A stretch of 64,000 nt of DNA. Origin: a virus. Of the stretch, positions 50,108-58,484 are shown piece by piece. Where the stretch lies: IMG/VR virus record IMGVR_UViG_3300042462_000689, one strand, 5' to 3'. Under the pieces are notes generated by a model, which searched no databases, had not been told where the DNA came from, and was given only the letters and a program-made list of their open reading frames with translations. Each line of letters begins with the position of its first letter. Position 1 is the first letter of the stretch. The position numbers and the translations under genes are program-made.

Positions 50108-51631
50108 ATGAACACCATCAAACCCTACGAAATCCGCCCGCTCCTCAACCCGGTCCTCACAAACTTTGAGGCGCGGGCCGTGCAGGTGACGTCACCGCGG
50201 CTGTCACACGTGCCGTCTCGCCATCGCGGCGAGCGCCAGGGGCAGGCCCAACGCTTCACCCGCCACGAGGCGGACCGCGCAGCCATCGGATCCCGCAATA
50301 CGGATCTGGCGGCCATGGGCATCAATCCCGACGGTACGCTGAGTAGCGGCTTCAACGCCCGCATCACCACCCGTCTCAGCTCGAAGGCCACACAATCGTT
50401 CTCCGTGGTGGAGTTCGTCGGCATTGGGGTGGTGACGCCGCAGAACGGCTTCGAGAAGTTTCATCTTCTCGATGCCAACATCCCAGGACGGGAAGATGGC
50501 GTGGTCTGCTATGACCTCAATACGTTCTGGCTGAACAGGGAAATCGGGGAGCGCTTCATGGCGTTCGCCATGGTGTGGGGGCCTGCCATGGCCTTCAGCT
50601 TCACCCCCAGGACCCTGACCGACCACGGCTGGATTTGGGGCGGGCCCGGAGAGGAGCGGCAGCCGCTCATCAACTGCAGTGCCATGTGGTTCCCGCCGAT
50701 CACGGCGGACAACCGCGGCGGGCATCATGGCCGGTTGGCCATGGAAGGGCTGCAGGAGCTGGGCTTGCAGTTCCGGGAGGATGGGTCAATTGAGGCCCTG
50801 CGCCAAAAGGCCATGGAGCCGGATGTGTTCGAGGCCGCCCGCCCCTTCTTCGAGGAAGATTGGAAATCCGTGCTGGCGGCCACCAATCCCACCAAGGCGA
50901 GCAATGTGGTGCGTGAGGCGATCATCCGTCCGTTGGGATGGAGTGGGCACACTGCCGAAAGGCAGGTCTATGCGCAGACGCTGGGCCACCCCACGAAGGT
51001 GGAGTTGAACGAGGAGCAGCGCGCCGCATTCGGTGCATTCGAGCGGGTCACGACCGAAGACTTCGGTCTGAAGCCGAAAGCCACGACGACCGTCGCGGTC
51101 GCGGTCTCGGCACCGGTGCCACCCGCCCCGCCCGCAATGGTCGCCGCAATGACACCGCCGCCACCACCGCCAGAGTTCGAAGCGAAGGCACGGGCATTCT
51201 GGTGGATCGACACTACCGGCACCAAGAGCATGGTCGCCGGTCCCATCACCGAAGGCGAGGCGCGCGTGGTGGCGCAGCGCTACCCGGCGGGCAAGTTCAA
51301 CGAAGTGGATTCCACCACGGGCTGGCAGTCCGCCTTGGAATACAACCTCATGGCGCCAGCAGCTCCGATGCCGCCTGCGCCTCCGGCAGAAGCATGGCAG
51401 GCCGCCGAGGTCAAGGAGACTGCGGCCCATGTGGCGGCAGCCCCCGAGGCGGTCGCGCCGGCTGCCAAGAAGAAGACCGTGAAGACGGTCGAGCGGCGGA
51501 AGAAGACCAAAGCCACGGTGCCGGCAGCTGAGCCGGCGGAGGAATCCGGGACTGACGAGCCGAAAGGCCTGAGCGTCCTGGACGACCCAAAACTTCGGGC
51601 AATGCTGGAGGCAGCACTGCCGGTCGGCTAA
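50108..51631 (+). CDS. Hypothetical protein with C-terminal Pro-rich linker and GYF_2-like module
   Basis: AFWWIDTTG...AGPITEGEAR...TTGWQSA flanked by Pro/Ala tracts. Confidence 0.6.
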   Translation: MNTIKPYEIRPLLNPVLTNFEARAVQVTSPRLSHVPSRHRGERQGQAQRFTRHEADRAAIGSRNTDLAAMGINPDGTLSSGFNARITTRLSSKATQSFSVVEFVGIGVVTPQNGFEKFHLLDANIPGREDGVVCYDLNTFWLNREIGERFMAFAMVWGPAMAFSFTPRTLTDHGWIWGGPGEERQPLINCSAMWFPPITADNRGGHHGRLAMEGLQELGLQFREDGSIEALRQKAMEPDVFEAARPFFEEDWKSVLAATNPTKASNVVREAIIRPLGWSGHTAERQVYAQTLGHPTKVELNEEQRAAFGAFERVTTEDFGLKPKATTTVAVAVSAPVPPAPPAMVAAMTPPPPPPEFEAKARAFWWIDTTGTKSMVAGPITEGEARVVAQRYPAGKFNEVDSTTGWQSALEYNLMAPAAPMPPAPPAEAWQAAEVKETAAHVAAAPEAVAPAAKKKTVKTVERRKKTKATVPAAEPAEESGTDEPKGLSVLDDPKLRAMLEAALPVG

Positions 51632-51642
51632 ACAGAAAACAG

Positions 51643-51683
51643 GTTTGCGCCGCCCTCCCGAGTCAAATCGGGAGGGCGGTTGC
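51643..51683. repeat. 41-bp direct repeat copy 1 (contains 12-bp hairpin)
   Basis: GTTTGCGCCGCCCTCCCGAGTCAAATCGGGAGGGCGGTTGC. Confidence 0.9.
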
Positions 51684-51708
51684 TGCCTTCAAATCAAAAA
51701 TATAATTA

Positions 51709-51864
51709 ATGATTATTTGGGTTAAAGCAAACAGAGGTGATGCCTGGACGGAATATGCCGAGGGTGTCATGTCGGCCAGGGCGGCATTTCGAATTGCCAA
51801 GCAAATCAGATCATCGGTCTGGTTGGTAAAGGTTCTGCCGCTGTACGAAATACCCCAAGAATGA
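51709..51864 (+). CDS. 51-aa ORF between the direct repeats
   Basis: MIIWVKANRGDAWTEYAEGVMSARAAFRIAKQIRSSVWLVKVLPLYEIPQE; fills the inter-repeat interval. Confidence 0.55.
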   Translation: MIIWVKANRGDAWTEYAEGVMSARAAFRIAKQIRSSVWLVKVLPLYEIPQE

Positions 51865-51866
51865 GC

Positions 51867-51907
51867 GTTTGCGCCGCCCTCCCGAGTCAAATCGGGAGGG
51901 CGGTTGC
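51867..51907. repeat. 41-bp direct repeat copy 2
   Basis: Identical to 51643-51683. Confidence 0.9.
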
Positions 51908-51966
51908 GCCTGCTTCTGCTTTCGATCCGACTTTCAATCTCAAATTCCCTGTGCAATACTTCCCCA

Positions 51967-54900
51967 ATGTTCACCGTAAAAAAGGCCAATTCGGATTCCC
52001 GCCACGAGGTCGAAGGAATCATGAGCCAAATTCTCGCAGAGTCTCCCAAGTCATGGCCGCACGGCCTGAGCATGGATTTGTTCGAGGAGGGAAGGGACAG
52101 CATTTACATGGTGCGATCTGCCTCCACCAACCAGCCGGCCGGATTTGTGGGCTGGCAGGAGCGCGAGGAGCGGGACTGCCTCAATCAGCCCATCAAGATC
52201 GGGTATTACGCAATTGGCATGCTGCCCGAATTCCGCCGGCAGGGGATGGCCAAGGACGCGGTCGCCGGCATCATCCGCCATCACCAGCGCGGCGTGGATG
52301 AGGTGCGCGCAATGATTCAAAAGGACAACACGCCTTCATTGAAATTGGCGGAGTCGCTCAATGTGCCGGTGGAGAAGGTGGCGTTTTGGAAGGCGTTGCT
52401 GTCTCCGGTCGCCAGGCGCATTTATGGAGGTCTTGGCTCCGCGGGCGCGATGGATTATCTCACCCATGGCACCGACTATTCCCATATCGACGGGCGGCGT
52501 GTTCTGAACACGGCAGTGAACGCCGGACTGGGGGCTTTGGGTGCGCATTATTCCATGCCACACAAGGGGATGGGTGGTGTTCTGCTGCCGGGTAATCCGG
52601 CGGTCGGATTCAATTTGGGGGTTCTATCCCCCATTGGAAAAGACATCATGATGAACGTCCTTCCGGCGACGCATAAGCTGGCACCCGCGTTGGACGCACT
52701 GACGGACAAAGCCAAACAAGCCCCCGCAGTCCCCGCAGTCCCAACCCCCGAATGGTCCCCGCTGGCAAAAGCCGGGCTCATCGGGGCGCTGGGCCTTGGA
52801 GCCTACGGCGTGCACCGGCTGAGTAAATCCATCAGCAATGCCGCGGAGGCCAACAACCAGGGTCGCCTGCAGGTCCGCCTACCCACCCGCCACCCTGGCG
52901 ATCAGGAGACGACCGTGGACGTGCCGGTGAGCGACGCAAATCTGACGGGTGGCCTCAAGGATCGCATCTTCCGGGATACGCGCAGGAAGCTGCGGCAGGA
53001 ATCCAAGGAGCGCACCTGGCATCGCGGTGACAAGCATCGCCTGCTTTCCAATGATGAAGACGACGACGGCATGGAAAAGGTCGCAGCCTGCTTTCTGTGG
53101 CTGGTCAAGGAGGCAGGTATAAGTTCGAGTGAGATACAAGACGCGGGGAATAAGCTGGAAGCGGCAGCCCTTGCCGCCAACACACTGCAGAGAATTTCAC
53201 CGACCGCGAAGCTCGCACCGCTCGCCAGGGGTCTGGGCAGACTAGCACCTCCGGTTGCTACTTACGGTGCGGTAAACGAATTTGCCGATTTTTCTGATGA
53301 TCCAAATGCTGCAATGCGCAAATTTTGGAAAGATACGAAAGGCATGAGCAATGCAGGATTCGCCTATCACAGCGTGACGAATCCAATAACGGCGACGGCG
53401 TCCGTATTGAACGGAGCATGGAATCGGATGCACGGACGTCCCCTTGCACCAGCCGCACCACCCAAAGGGGAACAATGGCCGCTCGCCCGGCGCAGACAAC
53501 CCGAAACAATGGTTGTGGTCCCGCACACACCAGCGGCTCACGGAGCGAAGCCGAACCCCGGCATTTACAATACGCACAAGGCACCCAATTTTACAGGACC
53601 GACAAATCCCACATCCGGCGTGAAGAGCGGGGGCGGCAATGTCGGCGGAATGATGACGGCAATGCCCACGAAGCCAATTCCGACAATTCAATTCGCATCA
53701 AGTATCAAAGGCCCCGGCGAGACCGAGGACCCGCAGGCCAAGATGGAGCAGGAAAAGGAACAGGCGGAGCAGGCAAAGCAATTGGAAGCTGCGCAGGCTG
53801 ATTCCGACACCCACAAAAGCACTCTCACTGAGATGAAGGAACACCAGCATTCCGAGCGGATGCAAATGCGCGAGCAATTGATGGCCCACCAGCAGAAGCT
53901 CCATGAGATGAAGCTGGAGAACGCCAGTCTTCGCGCGAAGGCGGACATGGCCTCCACGGTTCCCGAGCCGCAGGAGAATAGGGGCGCGACGCAGGTGAAC
54001 GATTACGCGACGCAATTGCACAACAAGGCCACCTCCATCATGAAGAAGCTGTCGGCGGTGAATCCGTACTACGCGAATCTGCTCTGGGACCGCGCATGCA
54101 AGATGGCCGGCGTGACCCCTGATGCCGGCGCGGCCGGGGAGGAGGATTATTACCGGCAGCACAATTCGGGCGGATTTGGGCAGGCGATGACGGGATTTGG
54201 ATTTCATGACAAAGGCATGCAGGATTCCGCATACAACGCCATCAATCCGACCAAGCCGGAAGCCCAATGGGGCATGGGTGACAAGATGAAGCACTGGGGC
54301 GCCAATCTGGCAGCCGGAGCCGGCTGGTTGGGGGACGCGCTGGTCTCTCCTTTTAGGTATGGAACCCGCAGCCTCCTCCGCGCAGGTTCCCATTTCAGCG
54401 AGGGGAATTACGGCAAAGGACTCATGCATGGCACGCTCGGAACCGCATCGGCAGCGCTCGGTGTGTTGCCTGGGGTAGGGGCTTTACGTAGCGGCATCGG
54501 CGCGGGTGCCAGATTGACGGGATTGACGCGGGGCATGATGACGGCCAATATCCCGCAGGTGGCAGAAGGCGCAAAGCAGCCCCCCACACCAATGGCGCCT
54601 GGAGTCGTTGCTGGTACGCCCACACCGACTCCAGGCGCGCCGGCCTCCCCATCCTCAGACATCCCCATGATTCTCAAATCGTGGCTGGGATTAGGCGGGG
54701 ATGCTAATACCACAAATGACGCCGGACATTTTCTGCCGCCTTCCCTCGTCTCGCAGAATCCGGGCAACGAGGACTCGCCTGACTACAAGAACCCATTCCT
54801 ACAAAAGGTGATGCCAACCGCAATGCGTTTCCTGGCCAAAGGCCCGGCCCCTGAGAGCAGCATGCGGGCATTTGCGGAGTCCGAGGGATCGCAGGGTGGC

Positions 54901-54999
54901 ATTGCGCCGCAGGAGATTCGCCCTGGTTACCTGTCACCCTCCACCGCGATGGCGTTGCAGAATGCCTTGTATGGTGGTGGTGGTGGACTGGGCATTTGA
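51967..54999 (+). CDS. Multidomain putative virion protein with N-terminal GNAT acetyltransferase
   Basis: GFVGWQE...IGYYAIGMLPEFRRQGMAKDAV (acetyl-CoA motif RRQGMA)...NTPSLKLAESL; then Gly-rich segments and a coiled coil; start reassigned to 51967. Confidence 0.7.
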   Translation: MFTVKKANSDSRHEVEGIMSQILAESPKSWPHGLSMDLFEEGRDSIYMVRSASTNQPAGFVGWQEREERDCLNQPIKIGYYAIGMLPEFRRQGMAKDAVAGIIRHHQRGVDEVRAMIQKDNTPSLKLAESLNVPVEKVAFWKALLSPVARRIYGGLGSAGAMDYLTHGTDYSHIDGRRVLNTAVNAGLGALGAHYSMPHKGMGGVLLPGNPAVGFNLGVLSPIGKDIMMNVLPATHKLAPALDALTDKAKQAPAVPAVPTPEWSPLAKAGLIGALGLGAYGVHRLSKSISNAAEANNQGRLQVRLPTRHPGDQETTVDVPVSDANLTGGLKDRIFRDTRRKLRQESKERTWHRGDKHRLLSNDEDDDGMEKVAACFLWLVKEAGISSSEIQDAGNKLEAAALAANTLQRISPTAKLAPLARGLGRLAPPVATYGAVNEFADFSDDPNAAMRKFWKDTKGMSNAGFAYHSVTNPITATASVLNGAWNRMHGRPLAPAAPPKGEQWPLARRRQPETMVVVPHTPAAHGAKPNPGIYNTHKAPNFTGPTNPTSGVKSGGGNVGGMMTAMPTKPIPTIQFASSIKGPGETEDPQAKMEQEKEQAEQAKQLEAAQADSDTHKSTLTEMKEHQHSERMQMREQLMAHQQKLHEMKLENASLRAKADMASTVPEPQENRGATQVNDYATQLHNKATSIMKKLSAVNPYYANLLWDRACKMAGVTPDAGAAGEEDYYRQHNSGGFGQAMTGFGFHDKGMQDSAYNAINPTKPEAQWGMGDKMKHWGANLAAGAGWLGDALVSPFRYGTRSLLRAGSHFSEGNYGKGLMHGTLGTASAALGVLPGVGALRSGIGAGARLTGLTRGMMTANIPQVAEGAKQPPTPMAPGVVAGTPTPTPGAPASPSSDIPMILKSWLGLGGDANTTNDAGHFLPPSLVSQNPGNEDSPDYKNPFLQKVMPTAMRFLAKGPAPESSMRAFAESEGSQGGIAPQEIRPGYLSPSTAMALQNALYGGGGGLGI

Positions 55000-55017
55000 A
55001 AAATTAACTGAGTAAAT

Positions 55018-55230
55018 ATGAAAACTTTCAATTACAAAGGCGGGACGATCTCGTTGGAATTCAAAATCCCAGAACTGATCCACCATGCTACATTGCTGGG
55101 AGCGTACCAACCAACACGCGCTGAGCAGGAGGAGCAAAAGCGCCGACAGCACGAGGCTGACCGCATTGGCTTCCTGCAGGATTTGCGCGAATTGGAATGG
55201 ATGAATCGCCGGCTGACTGGTAATTACTGA
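55018..55230 (+). CDS. Small hypothetical protein
   Basis: 70-aa ORF directly upstream of RNAP fragment. Confidence 0.5.
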   Translation: MKTFNYKGGTISLEFKIPELIHHATLLGAYQPTRAEQEEQKRRQHEADRIGFLQDLRELEWMNRRLTGNY

Positions 55231-55232
55231 TC

Positions 55233-57137
55233 ATGCCTGCCGCACCCACCGCATACGGAATCAAAGGAGGGAAGATCCAGGAGATCGATTCCGAGGAAGC
55301 CGACTACGAACTGCCCCACATGGCAGCCACGTTGGACTCCCACATCAACTTGATTCCAATGCAGAATGCGGTGCAGGCTCCGCGGCTGTTCTACGGCGCA
55401 CGCTTCTACAATCAGGCGCTGGCCCTGCAGAACCGGGAGACGCCGCTGGTGCAGTCCCTCATTCCCGACGACCCGGATGGTAGGACATTTGATGAGCATT
55501 TCGGGCCGATGGTCGGTGCATTGCATTCCAAGCATCAGGGGACGGTGGACGCTGTGGATTCCGACAGCATCACCCTCAAGACTCCGGAGGGGAAGAAGCG
55601 CATCCCGCTCTATAACACGTTCAGTTTTAATCGTAAATCCAGCCTGCATCAGACCCCCGAGGTAAAAGTCGGGGATGAAGTGACGCCTGGGCATTTGCTG
55701 GCCTCCTCCAATTACACCGACAAGAAAGGCGCGTTGGCTCTCGGACTCAATGCCCGAGTCGGTTTCGTTCCCTACAAGGGATGGTCCATGGACGATGCCG
55801 TGGTCATCTCGCAGGCATTTGCCGATCGGCTCAAATCCGAGAAGCAATTGACGCACGCGCAGGAGTTCGACGATGACACCAAAGGCGGACTCCATCATTT
55901 CGTCAGCCTGTTTCCGACGGCATTTGAAAAGGCCAAGCTGGCGAACATGGACGAGCATGGCGTCATCAAAAAGGGCAGCATCATCAAGGAGGGAGACCCG
56001 ATGATTCTAGCCACTGCTCCAAAGGTGGTGACGGCCCGCGATGCGCAGGTGGGCAAACTCTCACGCACGCTTCAGCAGACCCGACGCAATGCCACGCAGC
56101 TTTGGGATCACCAGGATCCTGGTGAAGTCATCGACGTGGCACGCACCTCGAAGGGGGTGAAGGTGGTGGTGAAATCCATAAGCGCCACGCGAGTAGGGGA
56201 CAAGATTGTAACGCGAAACGGACAAAAGGACATCGTGTCGCGCATCATTCCAAACGAGCACATGCCGCGTACGCTGGACGGTGAGCCGCTGGAGGTGTTG
56301 ATGAATCCTCTCAGTGTTCCGAGTCGCGTGAACAACAATTTCATCTACGAGACGCTGCTGGGCAAAATCGCAAGGAAGAGCGGGCAGCCCTACCGCCTGC
56401 GCGGCTTCAATGGTCCCGGCGAGAAGTATCACGAGTTCGTCGAAGCTGAGTTGGCGAAACACGGACTCCAATCCACCGACGAGGTGTTTGACCCGCAATC
56501 CAATAGGAAATTGCAGCGTCCAATTACCACGGGTGTGGCTCATTTCTTCAAGCTGCACCATGAATCCGAATCGAAATCGTCTGCGCGAGGCATTTCCGGA
56601 TATGACGCGAATCAACAACCGAGCCGCGGTGCTGGGGAGTCTGCCCAAAGTAAAAGACTCTCGGGGTTAGAGGTCGGAAGTCTGCTGTCATCGGGAGCAT
56701 ACGCAAATCTCAAAGAAGCCTCCACCCTACGCGGACAGCAGAACGATCAATACTGGCGGGAGGTCCGCCTGGGTCACAAACCTCCAATGCCCGGTGAGCC
56801 ATTTGTCTGGCATAAATTCAAAACGCTATTGAACGGCGCCGGTCTTCACGCAAAGGATATCGGCGGTGGAAAATTGCGACTTGGGGCGTTCACGGACAAA
56901 GCCCTTGCTGCGCATGACCCGAAGGAGATAGCCCACGGAGGCACAGTCAATCTCGCAACCCTCGAAGAAGAGCCCGGCGGATTGTTCGACCCCAGCCTGA
57001 TTGGCAATAATCGGTGGGGAAAAATAAGCCTGCATCAGCCAATGCCGCTACCCTCCATGGAATCCAGCCTGAGAACTTTGTTGTCGCTCACAAAAAAAGA
57101 ATTCGAGGAAGTTCTTAGCGGAAAAAGAAACTTGTAA
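55233..57137 (+). CDS. RNA polymerase beta C-terminal fragment fused to the start of beta'
   Basis: NLIPMQ...RLFYGARFYNQA; LALGLNARVGFVPYKGWSMDDAVVIS; GDKIVTRNGQKDIV (both conserved Lys); NPLSVPSRVN; KLHH...QQP...KRLSGLEV; then TVNLATLEEEPGGLFDPSLIG..RWGKISL matching RpoC TINYRTxKPExxGLFCxxIFG/RMGHIEL. Confidence 0.92.
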   Translation: MPAAPTAYGIKGGKIQEIDSEEADYELPHMAATLDSHINLIPMQNAVQAPRLFYGARFYNQALALQNRETPLVQSLIPDDPDGRTFDEHFGPMVGALHSKHQGTVDAVDSDSITLKTPEGKKRIPLYNTFSFNRKSSLHQTPEVKVGDEVTPGHLLASSNYTDKKGALALGLNARVGFVPYKGWSMDDAVVISQAFADRLKSEKQLTHAQEFDDDTKGGLHHFVSLFPTAFEKAKLANMDEHGVIKKGSIIKEGDPMILATAPKVVTARDAQVGKLSRTLQQTRRNATQLWDHQDPGEVIDVARTSKGVKVVVKSISATRVGDKIVTRNGQKDIVSRIIPNEHMPRTLDGEPLEVLMNPLSVPSRVNNNFIYETLLGKIARKSGQPYRLRGFNGPGEKYHEFVEAELAKHGLQSTDEVFDPQSNRKLQRPITTGVAHFFKLHHESESKSSARGISGYDANQQPSRGAGESAQSKRLSGLEVGSLLSSGAYANLKEASTLRGQQNDQYWREVRLGHKPPMPGEPFVWHKFKTLLNGAGLHAKDIGGGKLRLGAFTDKALAAHDPKEIAHGGTVNLATLEEEPGGLFDPSLIGNNRWGKISLHQPMPLPSMESSLRTLLSLTKKEFEEVLSGKRNL

Positions 57138-57162
57138 TACTAACCAGTTAGATTTATTCTTT

Positions 57163-57324
57163 ATGAGTGAACACATTAAAAATGAATCCGCAGTCGCGCT
57201 TGGACGCCTTGGGGGAAAAGCGCGTTCAGCTAAAAAAACAATTAGCAGCCGTGCGAATGGAAGCGCTCCGTGCCGTCCAGGAAAGCGGAGGGGTAGGCCC
57301 TGTGGACCTGCTCGGGAGACCTAA
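57163..57324 (+). CDS. Small basic protein (53 aa) overlapping the HNH ORF in another frame
   Basis: MSEHIKNESAVALGRLGGKARSAKKTISSRANG...KRRGRP matches the small-protein pattern N.AAVALGRLGG.ARS...AR.NG..GGRP. Confidence 0.6.
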   Translation: MSEHIKNESAVALGRLGGKARSAKKTISSRANGSAPCRPGKRRGRPCGPARET

Positions 57325-58168
57325 AAACATAAACAACGAGGCGGCGCTTTTGATTTTGCGCCAATTGGACGGCATCAAGCAGGCTATGTTTGCGCAGCGT
57401 CTCCGTAGGGATAATTACCCGGAGTATCTAAGGAAGAAACGCGAGCATTACGCCCGAAAGAAATCAGCGGTTCTGGCTTCGCAAAAGCGCAGGTACGAGA
57501 GAGACAAGCCTGCCATACTGGAGAAAATGAGAGTGAAAGGAAAAATCAAGAGAGCCCAGGTCAGCGCAGACCCTAAAGTGATCGCACAAAGGAAAAAGCG
57601 CATACAGGAACTAGGACCAAGCAGGGCGAAACGCATGCGAGAATTTTGTGAGAAGTGGTGGGAGGGTCATGTCTCCGTGAGGACCCCAGAGCGGGTGCGG
57701 GAGTATAACCGACGGTATTACGCAAAGCCCGGAAAGGCAGAGGAACGGCACAAATATCAGCAGGGGTATAGGCGAAGTGAGGAAGGCCGGAAAAAGAGGA
57801 GATTGCGCGAGAAAGCACACCGGGAGGATAATCCGCATTTCAAAATCAGGGTGGCTCTTAAAAGTCGGCTTTACGGCGCGCTTAAATCCAAAGGAATTCG
57901 CAAAACCATCGCGACCATGAAACTGGCTGGTTGTTCCCTAGAATTTCTGAAGCAGCATTTGGAATCTCAATTTTTACAAGGCATGTCATGGGATAATTAC
58001 GGCGAGTGGCATATCGACCACAAAATTCCCTGTAAAGCTTTCGACCTGACAGACTCCGAAGAACAAAAGCGTTGCTTCCATTACAAAAATTTACAGCCGC
58101 TCTGGGCAATTGATAATCTGCGCAAGAACGCAAAGATCCTCCCAGAGTTTGCCCAACTGCTCCCGTAG
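57167..58168 (+). CDS. HNH endonuclease with long basic helical N-terminus
   Basis: GCSLEFLKQHLESQF..GMSWDNYGEWHIDHKIPCKAFDL....Q..CFHYKNLQPLWAIDNLRK; true start uncertain. Confidence 0.85.
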   Translation: MNTLKMNPQSRLDALGEKRVQLKKQLAAVRMEALRAVQESGGVGPVDLLGRPKNINNEAALLILRQLDGIKQAMFAQRLRRDNYPEYLRKKREHYARKKSAVLASQKRRYERDKPAILEKMRVKGKIKRAQVSADPKVIAQRKKRIQELGPSRAKRMREFCEKWWEGHVSVRTPERVREYNRRYYAKPGKAEERHKYQQGYRRSEEGRKKRRLREKAHREDNPHFKIRVALKSRLYGALKSKGIRKTIATMKLAGCSLEFLKQHLESQFLQGMSWDNYGEWHIDHKIPCKAFDLTDSEEQKRCFHYKNLQPLWAIDNLRKNAKILPEFAQLLP

Positions 58169-58180
58169 GCCAAGGCAGCC

Positions 58181-58213
58181 TGAAATACCGCCCTCTCGGG
58201 CGTCACATACAAT
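58181..58213 (+). promoter_or_regulatory. Bipartite promoter-like motif, copy 3
   Basis: TGAAATAC-N13-GTCACATACAAT, intergenic. Confidence 0.65.
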
Positions 58214-58405
58214 TGAAGTGGGAGGCTTTCCAATGCCTCCACCCTGCCCATAAAGCAGGACGCTCAATCAAACCGGACGCGGATGCGCAGGCCTTTGGCG
58301 GAGCCGGTAAAGCTCACACGCGAAGAGGCGGAAGAAGCCGCCGGCTTATTTCCAAGCGCACTCTTCTGTGTCGGGGAGGATGGGACTGATGCTGCCCTCA
58401 TCCCG

Positions 58406-58473
58406 TGGCGCAGGCAAGCCGCACGCCAGTCATTGCACTGGCGTGCGGCTTGCCTGCGCCATTTCTTTGGTTT
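58406..58473 (+). terminator. 25-bp perfect hairpin followed by T-rich tract
   Basis: TGGCGCAGGCAAGCCGCACGCCAGT-CATTGC-ACTGGCGTGCGGCTTGCCTGCGCCA-TTTCTTTGGTTT. Confidence 0.7.
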
Positions 58474-58484
58474 AGAGTTCTGCG

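Noticed and set aside
26821-51966. TAnnnT hexamers 6-11 nt before starts of several structural genes (TATGCT 26836, TACACT 34253, TACCAT 37412, TAAGCT 39230) as late promoters
   Set aside because: Too degenerate to distinguish from chance without TSS data
57137-58300. Group I intron interrupting the RNAP gene and carrying the HNH
   Set aside because: No resumption of beta' sequence after the HNH, no recognisable P/Q/R/S core, and a promoter-like motif follows immediately
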